Part shown: positions 26,321 through 39,186 of the stretch, in pieces
Numbering within the stretch: position 1 is the first letter of the stretch
Layout of the letters: every line of letters begins with the position of its first letter
Source of the DNA: Octopus sinensis
Taxonomy: Eukaryota
Assembly: GCF_006345805.1 (NCBI RefSeq)
Contig: NC_043010.1
Location: forward strand, 39,308,001 to 39,372,000
Direction of reading: 5' to 3'
Length of the DNA: 64,000 bases
Position numbers and translations under genes: made by a program
Notes under the pieces: generated by a model
Seen by the model: only the letters and a program-made list of their open reading frames with translations
Told to the model about the DNA's origin: nothing
The model's database searches: none

Positions 26321-26540
26321 GAGGCAATATCTTATTCACTTAGTTTTACGTTTTTACTCTTATCACCTACGAAGTATTCTCCATTTCAGTCAGTACATCA
26401 GTCCAGGCGAGTTTTCCAATGTTCGAAGCAGTCCTGGAACTTTTGCGACGTGATACCTTTTAACGCCTCCGTTGTTTTCCTTCCCCTCTCCCACATCTGC
26501 CAAACGTTTATCTTTAAGGACATTTTTCATTCATGCCAAC
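26318..26540 (-). mobile_element. 3' end of the same mariner family as 11560-12300
   Basis: Its reverse complement aligns closely with 12089-12300, including the cctcata end. Confidence 0.85.
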
Positions 26541-28877
26541 TTGTACATGGCACGTACGATTCTTCCCTGTTTTACGCAACCTCAGTCATTACAGGTATTG
26601 GATATTGCCTTCTAAAAAAATTAAAAGTCTAGGATAAAATCTCATCCATAATGATGAGTTATACAAAAAACTATATATCCGCTTGCTGTCCTTTGATTTC
26701 CACTTATCTTGGATTGTCTTAGTTTGGGGTTTTTACATTGGGTCAGAATTTGAATTCAGAACATGTATCCGAATTGTAGTTAACAAGAGTAATATTTTCC
26801 TTCGTTTAGAAAAATAGAAATAAAGTTTCCTAATACAAATGTGTCTGGTTCAACGTAAAACACGAAAAATAAGATATAATGGTGATTGAAAGTCAGACTT
26901 ATTATAATGTTAAGTACTGAATATATAAATATTTATAAAGAGTTATTCTATCAATAAAGTTGGTGAATTATTTCAAAAAGTATATTATTATTAATCACAA
27001 CTTATCGCAGACGTTTAATCATATAATCAGATTTGCAAGCTAAGAAAATGATTGTCAGCTCTACACAATTCACTCTACCTGTAAATTCGAGCTACTTTAC
27101 TTAATATCTCTAATATCTATCAATGACTAATGTCAATCGATGTCTAGGTATACTTTTTGATTTAGTGAGAGTGCAATATTTACAACAGACAGTAAATACA
27201 ACGTTGGAGGTATCAGAACTCTGATATTCCATTCGATAATCATTGTAACAAAACCATTTTACCTGTTCGAACCTGAATATCGTGTTCTCTTCTCTGAGAA
27301 CCCAGAGGAAGTGACGGCTCGTGTTAGTTGGCTACATACTCTATGGTCACTGCGATTGAAGATATATCTTCAAGTGATTGGTATTGACTGTGACACTGCT
27401 CAGAGTACTGCATAGGATGGCCCAAGCAAACACCTTCAAAAGCTGGATGCTGCCAGGTGTCGCAACGGTGCATACCCACATACCTGAGACGGCTTGATCA
27501 TCATACGGCTTTGATAACTTGATTCACTGAACTGATGAGATATTCGACTCTGAAGTTTCTATAAGTGGACCGATATGAAATGATGCATTCGTAGTTCAGT
27601 CGGTGAAATTTCAAGAGGTCGAAACAGATATATTTCTTTAATACTATGCCCCATCGAGAAAATCGATATGGTCAGGTTACTACGTAATTTATATTTTTCA
27701 TCTGAGATTCTGCGATAAAAATATCTTCGGTTGTCCGAGGAAAACGTATATATATATATATCCCTTGGATATTTCGTTCAGCAATCGAATGAGATATATC
27801 CTGGTCCTGATTATAATTCATCTGCAGCTCTGACAAAGCTACCACCTGAGCAGACTGACTATCTGCATATTCAATAGTTAACTACTAATATATACAAACA
27901 TAACTCTCTGATTACATTTAAACTAAAAAAATTGCTAACTTAACTGATTCATTGATCGATGGCTGATCGATTCCTTAACTTCTGGTTGTGCATGAATATC
28001 TAAGAAGTGATACATTTTTTTTAAATACCTGAGCTGTAAATAATACCAATGAGCATACAATCTTGCCAACGTGTCAATTATCATTTCTGCTGACGTACGT
28101 GGGAGCGCACACATACTTATTATATCTATCTCCAGTAATTATACACAGTATCTAGCCATAAAAGCAACCTACCTACTAGTATATATATATGTAGTCATAT
28201 ATATATACATGTGTGTGTGCGTGCCTGCGAGTGTGTATGTGTGTATATATATATTTATGTACCTACATACATATATATATATATATATTAATATTTATGC
28301 ATAATGATAAATATATGCATATTATACATTTACGTATGCACATATATTTATGAATCTAGAACACAAAAATATAACAACATATATATATGTGTGTGTATGT
28401 ACATATATGCAGGAACAAGAGCATGTACATATGTATGTGTGTGTGAATATATATATGTATATACACACACACATATATATATATACATATATATATATGT
28501 ATATATATATCTATATCTCTCTCTATATACATATATACATATATACATATATATGTATACAAACACATATATATTTATATATACACACACATATATGTGA
28601 ATATATGTGCATGTGAATGCAAATATATCCTATTGTATGCAACTTCACATTAGTAATTATTGCAGCTGAGACACGGCAATGTCTACAACCAAAACCTGCA
28701 TTTATCAATGTGCTCAAATGTTTTATTCATGGATAAAATCATTTAAAAATATTAAGCCTAGCCTATCGCACGTCAGCATACATGGTACGCATATATGAAT
28801 TTAAGCATGCACATAGCCATATTCATTCACGGTCACACAAACACACACATACACACACACACAAACACACACACACA

Positions 28878-29195
28878 TAGTGCGGTTAATAAACTGTCGT
28901 CTAGATTACACTTAAAGGAAAATAACACAGACATCTCATTTTAACAGATACGCTTACCAAAATTACGTAAAAATATCTTGAAATACTCAAGAGTAAATTT
29001 ATTCAATAAAATCACTATTGGCTTCAACCATGGCCTTCAGGCTACATTGGAATCTCATGTCAGTGTTATGGACGGTCTTCATCTATAGGTTGGCGAATGG
29101 TGCCATAATCAGTCCCTTCAGCTCATATTTGGTGTTACAAGAAGTTTTCCTGGTTTCTTGCTCACCTGCACCCCACTCATAATAATCAAAGTCAA
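28878..29195 (-). mobile_element. Tc1/mariner-superfamily (maT/DD37D-like) transposase C-terminal remnant
   Basis: Minus strand reads DYYEWGAGEQETRKTSCNTKYELK...RFQCSLKAMVEANSDFIE*, cf. DYYVWG.VE.......NT..EL....RFR.RL.AVVEA.G..IE. Confidence 0.65.
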
Positions 29196-30542
29196 ATATC
29201 TCTTCGAATCATATGCAAGAGCACTGTTGGATTATCCTCAGACAATTCACTAGATTATTTCACGTTTATATTTCCCCAGTGATACTAATTGTTTTGTATT
29301 AAACATATTGATATGTTCGTTTTACGAACTTCCCTCGTCAAGATACGTTCTTGTGTTCTTTTGCATTTACAGTGGATTTCTGGTTGGCGACACGCTTCGG
29401 AAACTAATGAAAGCTGCACTATTTAAAATGACTCTATTGTTTAGATAACCACATTATCCAAGATACATTGTCTGTAAATGATATAAGATGCTCTGTTCAC
29501 GGACGGAAGGTCTTTGCCTTTAGTTTTATCAACTCCTCAATTCTAATCTGGGACTAGATATCCCCTAGAAGTCAATCTACTGCAAACCCTTCCTCGACGT
29601 CGCTCACCCAAATTGAAGGAGCAGCTATGGTAGAAAGAAAGATGCACTTTTATGGCTCGAATATCTTAGATTACGCGTGTACTTGACTGGAGCTTTCAAT
29701 GCGTTTAAAAGAACCCCAACCCAAGCTGTGAACATAAATATATATTTCACTACTTGTTATACAGTCAATGCTAAATTATGAGTCATAGTTAAATCTGAAA
29801 TGCATTGGGAACATGCCGCATCTATTATAATTGTTGCCGAGAAATGACACTCAAAGCCTCTTGTGCAATATTACAAAACACGTTACTTTCACGGTGTTCT
29901 GACCCCCATGAGACGTAGACTACTATACTTTCCTGTGTGATACTGTTTTACTGATTAACACGTTGCATCGTGGTATATTGCATGTTCTACAAATTACCGC
30001 GACCCAGCCTAGACAACGGAGCTCAACTTGAATGATTGTGGGCTAAAAAAATATGTGGTAATTGGCAACAAGGTGTTAGAGGGTCGCTGAATGCATAACG
30101 GCAACATGAATTATCTTGGAAATTATACCATACCTGTATTTTAACAGTATTAAAAAAAATCTTTATCCAGATTAAATCTTTATCCACATTGCGTTGTCAG
30201 ACAGTTCTATCGCAAATAATAATGGAATAAAATTCAGCATTTCAGCCCTGTATCTATACCAATGATTCTTAGCAATTTTAATAAAACAATAGTGGTACTT
30301 GTCTCCTCAAGTGACCAAAACTAAGGACATGAGTTATAGTCTGGACAAAATAGCTTCTGTGTGTTAAAGTAAATAGGTGTTTTGATTTATGTCAAATATT
30401 GGGAAGGGGTGATTGTTAACACAATTTTGTTAGAAGGGCATAGTTCCCCGCTAATCTCTAAAACGGGATATGTAAATTTGAACTTTACACAAAAAGTAAA
30501 AATATGAATGCTTATCCACTAAGCAAAAGTAACTTAAATATA

Positions 30543-30759
30543 CTCTTTTACTCTGTTATTTGTTTCAGTCACTTGACTGTTGTCATGCTGGAGCACCGCC
30601 TTTAGTCGAACAATTCTACCCCAGAACTTATTTGTTGTAAGCCTAGTACTTATTCTATCGGTCTCTTTTGCCGAACCGCTAAGTTACGGGGACGTAAACA
30701 CACCAGCATCGGTTGTTAAGCGATGATGGGGGACCAAACACAGACACAAACAGGCACAC

Positions 30760-30818
<59 letters not shown>

Positions 30819-31030
30819 GATAGATAGATAGATAGATACGACAGGCTTCTTTCAGTTTCCGTCTACCAAATCCACGCACAAGGCTTTGTTCGGCCCGAGG
30901 CTATAGTAGAAGACACTTTCCCAAGGTGCCACACATTAGGACTGAATCCGGATCCATGTGGTTGGTAAGCAAGCTACTTACCACATAGCCTCACCTTCAC
31001 CTATATTTACCACACAGCCACTCCCACGCC
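30543..31030 (-). mobile_element. SINE family A with a short duplicated head segment
   Basis: Matches the consensus; ttaccaca(t/c)agcc occurs twice (~30978 and ~31007). Confidence 0.9.
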
Positions 31031-31886
31031 CAAAGTAATTTTGTGTTCTTTTGTTGACAAATAAGAGAAAGGATGGCTGTAAAAAGCCAATCAGCAAAAC
31101 ACGCGAGCAAATACAAAAGAATGAGAACCAGCGACGAATATTACGGATGTAGCACAGTAGTAGGCATGACGAAGGATTTCTCATCACTAATCCTCGGTAG
31201 ATGTCAACATATGGAATTTTATTTTACATTAATTCAAACCAACAATGAAGTGACAGCATGGGAGTTTGAGCGGCTAGAAATAGAAATTAAATTCAGTTAA
31301 ACCATATTTTAGTACGTAAGAAAATGAAGGCAGTATTGTGCAATGTTATCACTAGAAAAAAATATCGCATGATGAGAACGCTTTCACCATATTTATATTT
31401 GATCAGGTCATATCGTGATAGCTCTTATAGATATGTCTTTTCGAACTTGACCTGGGGTTATACATCAACAATCAGCAACATTTAAAAGAAACTCGGTCAG
31501 TGAGAGCTTACCAAACATGACATCGTCTGAGTCGGATCAAAGTATTTCTATCTAAACATTCTTACGTGACTAAAAGCGCTTAGAATAACTAGCCTTATGG
31601 ATTATCATTGATCAGGCATCTTCACATTTCCACGATAAATTGATACTGATCTGGCGTTTAAGAACAATCCGAGAGACGGAAAATATACTTTTTCGGCTAT
31701 GCTACCAAGAAGTACTAACCCAAAATAAGCTCATAACACGAGTGAATGCTTTGAATTCCTTATACCATGCAACCTCTAATTCAAAGGTCACTTTCATTTG
31801 TACTTTTGCTGCAAATGCGATAATGTTACGATGGAAGGATTTCATTGTATACACTTATATAAATGATCATCTACTGTGTATATTTA

Positions 31887-33104
31887 CAGGGGTGGACAAA
31901 ATAATGGAAAAACTTAGCATTATAGCATCATGATATTTAAGTATTTATAAAACCGTCAAAAGTTTGCTTATCTTTATATCTTTTGATTTATTATTAGTGT
32001 TGCTTAATATATTTTGTTAAAATTGCTGTTTCGTTTGAGATATCATTGGAAAAAGGTAATTAAAATTCATTAAAATGCTAGATCTATCGGACTTACAAAG
32101 AGGTTAAATTCTTGGTGCTCGTATAGCAGGCGCTAGCGTAACGAAAACAGCCGAAATATTCGGCGTATTAAGAAGTACTATCTCAAGTAATGACAGCCTC
32201 TGAGAAAGAGGGGAAAAAAACCTCTTCGTCGAAACAAAACTCCGGAAGAAAGCTAAAACTTTCAGATAGGACTCTTACGCGAATTGTTAAAGAGGATCAC
32301 AAAAGTACACCTCTCAAATTACTGCAGAGCTTAATGGCCACCTCAAGATCAAAGTTTCCACAAAAAGTGTTCGCTGGGTACTGCGCAAAGCTGGATTTCA
32401 CGTGAGGGCTACAATCGGAAAACCACTACTTTCAAAAACAAACGTTGCAAAGCGTTGAGAGTGGAGGAAAAACCTACAGAATTGGTCCCTAGAGCAATGG
32501 AAGAATGTTATATTTTCGGACGAGTCATCGTTTACCTTTTTACTGACCACCGGCCAAGTATACGTGTGGAGACAGCCAAAAGAAGCATTTGACCCAGACT
32601 GCCTTCTTCCAACTGTTAAACATAGAGGAGGATCTGTGATGATCTGGGGTGTGGGGTACTATATTTTGGAAATCCGCCGGCCTAATGGTTTCCCTTCATG
32701 GCAGAATTAATAGTCAAGACTATTTAAGTATTTTATCTGATCAAATTCCTCCTTTGGTTGCGGAACTGTTTCCGGAGAAAAACGCAATCTTTCAGGATTA
32801 TAATGCACCAATTCACAGAGCAAAAGTTGTTACTGAATGGCACGAGGAACATTGTTGTGAAGTTGAACATCTTATCTGGCAGCCACAAACCCCCGATCAC
32901 AATATTATTGAACATTTATGGTGCGTTTTAGAAAAAGAAGTAAAGAGTCGATATCCTCCACCATCGTCACAACAAAACCTGGAGACTGTTTTAGCTGAAG
33001 AATGGAGAAAAATTCATTTGGAAATAATTCAAACTTTGTACGAGTCCATACCGCGTAGAATTCAAGCTGTAAATACTGCCAAAGGCAGTCTTACTCCACA
33101 TTAA
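31887..33104 (+). mobile_element. Tc1-family transposon with a disrupted transposase and no right TIR
   Basis: Left end TA|caggggtggacaaaataatggaaa. ATG at 32075: MLDLSDLQRG*ILGARIAGASVTKTAE; then FSDESSF, KHRGGSVMIWG, and FQDYNAPIH...WQPQTPDHNIIEHLW...AKGSLTPH*. Frameshifts and stops are present. Confidence 0.92.
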
Positions 33105-33407
33105 GGTAAGTGGCTGAGCACCCCACAGACACATGTACCCTTAACGTAGTTCTCGGGGATATTCAGCGTGACACAGAGAGTGACAAGGCCGGCCCTTTGA
33201 AATACAGGTACAACAGAAACAGGAAGTAAGAGTGAGAGAAAGTTGTGGTGAAAGAGTACAGCAGGGATCACCACCATCCCTGCCGGAGTCTCGTGGAGGT
33301 TTAGGTGTTTTCGCTCAATAAACACTCACAACGCCCGGTCTGGGAATCGAAACCGCGATCCTACGACCGCGAGTCCGCTGCCCTAACCACTGGGCCATTG
33401 CGCCTCC
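33104..33407 (-). mobile_element. tRNA-derived SINE family C
   Basis: Minus-strand head ggaggcgcaatggcccagtggttagggc...ggtttcgattcccagacc with A and B boxes; CpG-rich, so probably young. Confidence 0.85.
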
Positions 33408-33424
33408 ACACACACACACACACA

Positions 33425-33455
<31 letters not shown>

Positions 33456-33459
33456 CACA

Positions 33460-33513
<54 letters not shown>

Positions 33514-33515
33514 GG

Positions 33516-33665
33516 ATATATAATTGTTAAAGATAACGACAAACGTTAAAGGCCAGGCAAACGTCTCAATTGGTATGCAATAATGTTGGAAAAAAATTTC
33601 TAATACTAATATTATATATGAATTGAAATGTTTGCCTTGCCTTAATGTTTGTTGTTCTCTATAAC

Positions 33666-33673
<8 letters not shown>
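33516..33673. mobile_element. Small fold-back element between (TA)n tracts
   Basis: Imperfect inverted arms of ~55 bp: ataattgttaaagataacgacaaacgttaaaggccaggcaaacgtctcaatt / aattgaaatgtttgccttgccttaatgtttgttgttctctataacaattat. Confidence 0.7.
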
Positions 33674-33730
<57 letters not shown>

Positions 33731-34722
33731 GAGAGAGAGAGAGAGAGAGAGCAGAAGAAAAAGAAAATGGAGACTGTGAAGTTATAATTATTTATTATTC
33801 ACAGCAAATTAATCCTCTTCACTAACAGCTGTTACAATTAATACTCAGTAAACATGAAGTAAATATAAAATTTATATTTATATGACCTGAGCATAATACC
33901 GCCAGGGAGAAAAATATATATACCCTAAGAAGGGGTGGCATGTATAAAGAGTAGACGTATATACACACACACACACACACATGTATATATATATATATAT
34001 GTATGTGTGTGTACATACTTATTCATGTATTTGCGCATGTATACGTATATGTACGTAGATAATGTTTGAGCGGATATGTGTGTGGATATGTGGATATATA
34101 TATATGTGGGTATATGCGTGTGTCTCTCTATATATATGGACGTACGAATTCATATATGTATGTGTGTATATGTGTATTTGCGCGTACTTGCATATATTCT
34201 AATTTCCATAACTTTATTTAACCCTTACAAAAGAATATTCCATTCCTTTATTAACCATAATTTTACCTTATTTATACTTAAGTTCCCTCAATCATCTCTA
34301 ATGTATTGTTCTAATTCTATGTACCAACTCTATCTTAGCTCCAATCATCCTGTAAATCCCCTCGCCCGAACATATCACAATATAAATCAGAAACCGTATC
34401 ATTCAGTCTGCTATGATGAATCTATATATACACATATACAACGCTCAAGGGTATATTTTCCCCTCTGAAGATATTACGCACACGTCATATAAATATAAAT
34501 TTAATATTCACTTCATATTTACTGAAGATTAATTGAAACAGATGTAAGTGAAGATGATCATTATTTTGTTAATAATAAATAGTTATTAATTTCCCAATCT
34601 TCATTTTGTTTTTCTTCGTTTATATATATACCGACTATTTTGAGGAAATTAATTCCCCCAAAATACTGGGCATTGAGTTAGTATTTCCTAGGATGAAACC
34701 ATCCGCTCATGATATATATATA

Positions 34723-34773
<51 letters not shown>

Positions 34774-35566
34774 ATGTACGTGTGTATATATGAACGTGTG
34801 TATATATGAACGTGTGTATATATCGCTACATCTCACGTTTGCAAACCTAATTTCCAGAGACCATTTCATGCATCGCTAGCTTAATGCTTCTGTACTGTTC
34901 ACAATCATTTTCCATGATTCTTCAAAACAATATCCTATTTTGCTCCGACCCTTAATGTCATCACATTAATACTTCACTTGAAATGAATACGAATGCGCAT
35001 GAAAAGTTTACAGATTTAAATAATTTCGAACATACGAATATCAACCCTAAATCAATATATATCAATCAAAACTATAAAAGAAAAACATGTTATGTAGTAA
35101 AAAAAAAATGTGACAGTTTGTAACATTGCCTAGCTGGATAATTTTCCACTTCGATAACCGCACCGATTTTAGACATGGAACTTTTAGATTTCTGCAGATC
35201 CCCAGGATATGTGGTTCCATACCAAATCTTGATGATTACGTCAATTAACGGAGTTCTATCATTCGGTTTGAAAACCGGCAATAGTCTCTTGGTTCGTAGC
35301 GAAAAATTGTCATTAAGGTGAAATTCTTAGATATTTCCAGGCAATTCTAAAACGTTTATTTTATGGAACTTAACACATTCTAACAAGATTTTAATCAAGA
35401 TGACAAAATCGGCCCGGAATTAAGTCAACCAAGTCATGTGGAATTATTTAACTGATTCAAAGAAATAATGTCGTTTGTAATAGTTATTATAGAATACTTT
35501 TGCAGTGAAAGCTTGTATCACTATTTCAATATGGTCGACATCTCTGTCAGATATATAATTTTAGAG

Positions 35567-35857
35567 CAGTGGTTCCCAAACTCTTTTGGGCTGCCGTCCC
35601 CTTGACACTCGAACCACATTCCGAACGTCCCCCACTCCGACTCAGCACCACAAACATAGACCATTTTCTGCAGCAAATTCAGAATAGTATTTCACAAATA
35701 AAACTTAACCTAATTAACCTATTATTTGGGGAAAGAAGGTTACATCTATCGCCCTCTTTTGGCTATCCTATTATTGCCCCACTTTTCTTTAACGCCGTTC
35801 TTAATCTTTCCACCGCTCACAGGGGGCGGGCAGTACTGTCCATTTTGGAAACCACTG
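35567..35857. mobile_element. hAT (Charlie-like) MITE
   Basis: TIRs cagtggttcccaaa / tttggaaaccactg; perfect 8-bp TSD ttttagag at 35559-35566 and 35858-35865. Confidence 0.9.
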
Positions 35858-37489
35858 TTTTAGAGCAAATGTTGTTATACTTAACCACGTAAGAATTATT
35901 CATGCAGCCTCCATATTTCCTGCTGCATTTCCTATATTCTTTGCGTCAAATTCCTGCGCTCTGTCCCGTAGTCGCTTAATTTGGTGGCATGGCCGGCTGC
36001 ATAGGACTTTTACATTTCCATCGAAATCATTTTGTGATCAGGTAGAACTTGTGTAATCATACACCATCTCTGAGATGCAGCACGGACTTTGTCAGTGAAC
36101 AGGTCGCGGATTTTAGCGACGAAAATATTTTTTACAAATTAAACTTAAATGTTGAAGTGAATCGAACGGCTTTTGTGTGTTTCTTAAATGGCTTATAAAC
36201 ACCTTCCACGCTGCAATTGTTTTCGTTTCAGCATACGATCTCAGATCAAATTACTTGCTATGCGAGTACATCTCCGTATTATAAATAAATAATTAAAGCA
36301 TAATTTATGCTCTTAGAATAAGAGTTTATCTACTATTTAACAGATGTATAATTACAATTATGACATAGAGGTCTTAAAATCATTAATTTCAGCCAGGTTA
36401 CAGTTTCATTTACCCAAGACATCCTTTTATTCCTAGTTTATTTGTAGGAAGGACGCGGAAACTTTCATGCTTGACAAGGTTCGTGTTGAGTTTGAATTAC
36501 TGTAAGTCCACATTAGATATGAGTTAACATATGTACAGATTGAAAACTGGCACTCTGATTAAAAGCCAAGGCGTTTGAAGTAAACTAATATTCTTTTACC
36601 ATATTCGAAGTTGTCGAATCTGAAAAGAGTTTTGATAAAAGAAACTGTCTTTCCTTAGCTCATACTTGTACAATTACTGATATGTGCAATTTGTACGAAT
36701 TGAATATTTCTGAATATAATTTATTGATATTATTATGAGGTTCCTCAAGAACTTGTGGCCTTAATTACTCTTTATCTGTGTTGTTGAGTGCACTCGATAA
36801 TTTCAAGAGATTTTCAAACTTTTTTCGGAGTGATGGTTGGCGGTTTTTGAAGTGTCTCTCTTCTCATTTTTGTTCAGTCATGATTTTTCCAGTTGTTCTT
36901 CAAGTTGTCTACGATTCAAATTTCTTATTATGGCAAATTAAATTGTTGTTCATATCTTGGCAGAAATGGTGGAGTTAGTAGCTTTAACGGATCTTAAACA
37001 CACATAATTTTCAACTACTAAGAGAATAGTTGTACAGGATGAAGAGAACTACAATAGCTCAAACTAATATGCTTAAGAAGAATAAGCTACAACCATAATC
37101 ATACGTCTGTTAAATAATACGGAAATTTTCAATAAATAACTTGAAGTATTCTATTAAGCCTATTCAAGGGACATACTTAAAACATTTCTATCACCACAGC
37201 GTAAAGTAGATTCACAAATACAAATTATCTATATACTCCTATATTCACAGAAAAGAACGTATCTTAAAAAAAAACTACAAATTAAGTGACAGAGTGTTTA
37301 AACTAAAAAGAGCGACAGCTGTTTTTACACTTATGGAATGTGTTCGAATACATAGACAAACGATGTGTATGAAACACATATGTGCACAGATGTTACCTAT
37401 GAACACTTATGCAATTATATATGTTCTCGTCCTAAGACAATTTCAGAGCATATTCACATAACTAAATCTATTCTACAACTTATTTTCGG

Positions 37490-37581
37490 GTCTTTTTCTG
37501 CTACGGTAAACAAAAACGCATACGTACGTACAACACCGATTGTCAAGCGACGGTGTGAGAAAATGAAATACATAAAGACAG

Positions 37582-37624
<43 letters not shown>

Positions 37625-37770
37625 CACACGCACACTCACACACGCACACTCACGCACTCATACTCACACAAACACGCATACCCGCCAAACACACACGCAC
37701 ACACAGGTATATATATATGACAAGCTTCTTTCGGTTTATATCTACCAAATGCACTCACAAGGGTTTGATC
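37490..37770 (-). mobile_element. Diverged internal fragment of SINE family A
   Basis: accgattgtcaagcga...(CA)n...gacaagcttctttcggtttatatctaccaaatgcactcacaagg. Confidence 0.7.
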
Positions 37771-37985
37771 GACGTGCAGCCACACAAACACCGAACCTGA
37801 AGTCATACTGTTGAGAAACAAGCACATTACTTAATATACAGCCAAACCTCGCATACATACATACATACATACATACATACAGTACATACATACATACATA
37901 CATACATACATACATTACATACATACATACATACAACATACATACATACATATATAAGTATATATATATATATATCTATATATAT

Positions 37986-38017
<32 letters not shown>

Positions 38018-38051
38018 TATATGAATGTATGTGTGTGTGTATGTGTGTATG

Positions 38052-38087
<36 letters not shown>

Positions 38088-38090
<3 letters not shown>

Positions 38091-38360
38091 AAAATGAGGG
38101 TGAAAAATTGGATATTAATTTAATAACATCAATTTAACCCCAGTGGTTTAGCACATAAAAAACTGAGATTCAGTAAATATTATTTTATACAGAAATATCA
38201 GAGGGAACCACTATGTGGAAGCCCTTCATTTGTCTTGCTCGCTTACGTTAATGGTGTGCCAAATTTTCTAGAGAACAATTCTAAGTGGTTTGAGACTTAT
38301 GCAGATCTCTTTTTAGCGTAAGGGCTTCCACATAGTGGTTCACTCTCATATTTATGTATA
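38088..38360. mobile_element. Fold-back element of the 19112 family, between (TA)n tracts
   Basis: Arms atacagaaatatcagagggaaccactatgtggaagccctt / aagggcttccacatagtggttcactctcatatttatgtat. Confidence 0.65.
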
Positions 38361-38373
38361 TATATATATGTAT

Positions 38374-38459
<86 letters not shown>

Positions 38460-38479
38460 AAGATGAAAAAACAATATTT

Positions 38480-39030
38480 GTTTTAGAGAATTTAAGAGTA
38501 TATTAGAGCCATGATAAAGATATACAATTTTGTGCTAAATAAGGTTTTGTTCTTTCAACATAATTGAAGTAAGGACCGGTTTAGTATTGCCCTTCAAACT
38601 GAGATTTGAAAGAGATAAATTGCTAGGGGAGATAATTGCATTTTTTTCGGATGACTACGGTGCGTATCCTTCTTTCAAGGTTGAGGGGGATATTTGGTTT
38701 GCTATGTCTCAGGTGATATAAACTAAATAATAGATATTGTTAAGCGTCTGTGATCATGTAAACAATGTCTGTTTTTTTATTATTTTTTAATCATTATGTC
38801 TAGGAATGGGAGTTCCTCGTGGTTGTGTTCCATTGTGAACTGTATGTTGGTGTTAATGTTATTGAGAAGTCTCTTTTGAACTCCAAGAGGTTATCTATGT
38901 TTTCATTCCAGAAGATGAAGTAGTCGTCCAACAATTTTTTTCCAATTTTCTTTTATGTATTGGGAGAGAGTGTTTCTAAACTTTGAAAATGACTCCTGGT
39001 ATATTGTTATTTCTAAATAGCCCATTGTTT
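38480..39030 (-). mobile_element. Penelope-like reverse transcriptase fragment
   Basis: Minus strand across frameshifts: MGYLEITIYQ...YIKENWKK-LLDDYFIFWNENIDNLLEFK-LLNNINTNIQFTMEHNHEELPFLDIMIKK, cf. PLE RT W.RY.DD.F / I.FT.E.....LPFLD. Flanked by (GA)n and (TA)n/(GATA)n. Confidence 0.8.
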
Positions 39031-39049
39031 GACAAACAGATAGATAGAA

Positions 39050-39082
<33 letters not shown>

Positions 39083-39094
39083 TAGGTAGTTAGT

Positions 39095-39186
<92 letters not shown>

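Larger units (their letters stand above)
10939..27650 (+). pseudogene. iGluR/IR-like receptor remnant, copy B (ATD to M4, fragmented)
   Basis: Exon-like 10939-11012 (ag|..GVIAMASMLPILNPVMYTVRVAKY|gtatgt). From 13521: IFVMGISFHEMLSVVLAL / WKRLQYVV (ATD-like). 25579 SWNNIYMQL (S1 WNG..EL). 26561 SSLFYATSVITGIG (M2). 26693 LISTYLG (M3). 27296 ENPEEVTARVS, then DCDT and 27406 YCIGWPKQTP (S2). ~27585 DAFVV (M4). Many stops and frameshifts. Confidence 0.55.
29370..35520 (+). pseudogene. iGluR/NMDA-like receptor remnant, copy C (end of ATD/S1 to M4)
   Basis: ~30050-30130 KKY.G.W..G..G.L / LGNYTI (S1). 30240-30286 FS-(L)YLYQ*FLAILIK. ~31370 MMRTLSPYLYLI (pre-M1). 31793 FICTFAANAIML (M3, SYTAN-like). 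35160 APILDMELLDF and 35256 LSFGLKTGNSLL (S2), then YFQAILKRLFYG. 35486 IIEYF (end of M4). Confidence 0.5.

Noticed and set aside
27165-27520. Reading FHSIIIVT / SWMLPG / DGLII as an ATD
   Set aside because: Its position after M3 and the EEVTARV, DCDT and YCIGWPKQTP motifs favour S2. The ambiguity shows the limits of matching by eye.
33330-33407. tRNA gene (also 41263-41335 and 57845-57920)
   Set aside because: A and B boxes are present, but each continues into a repeated SINE body and no clean cloverleaf is evident.
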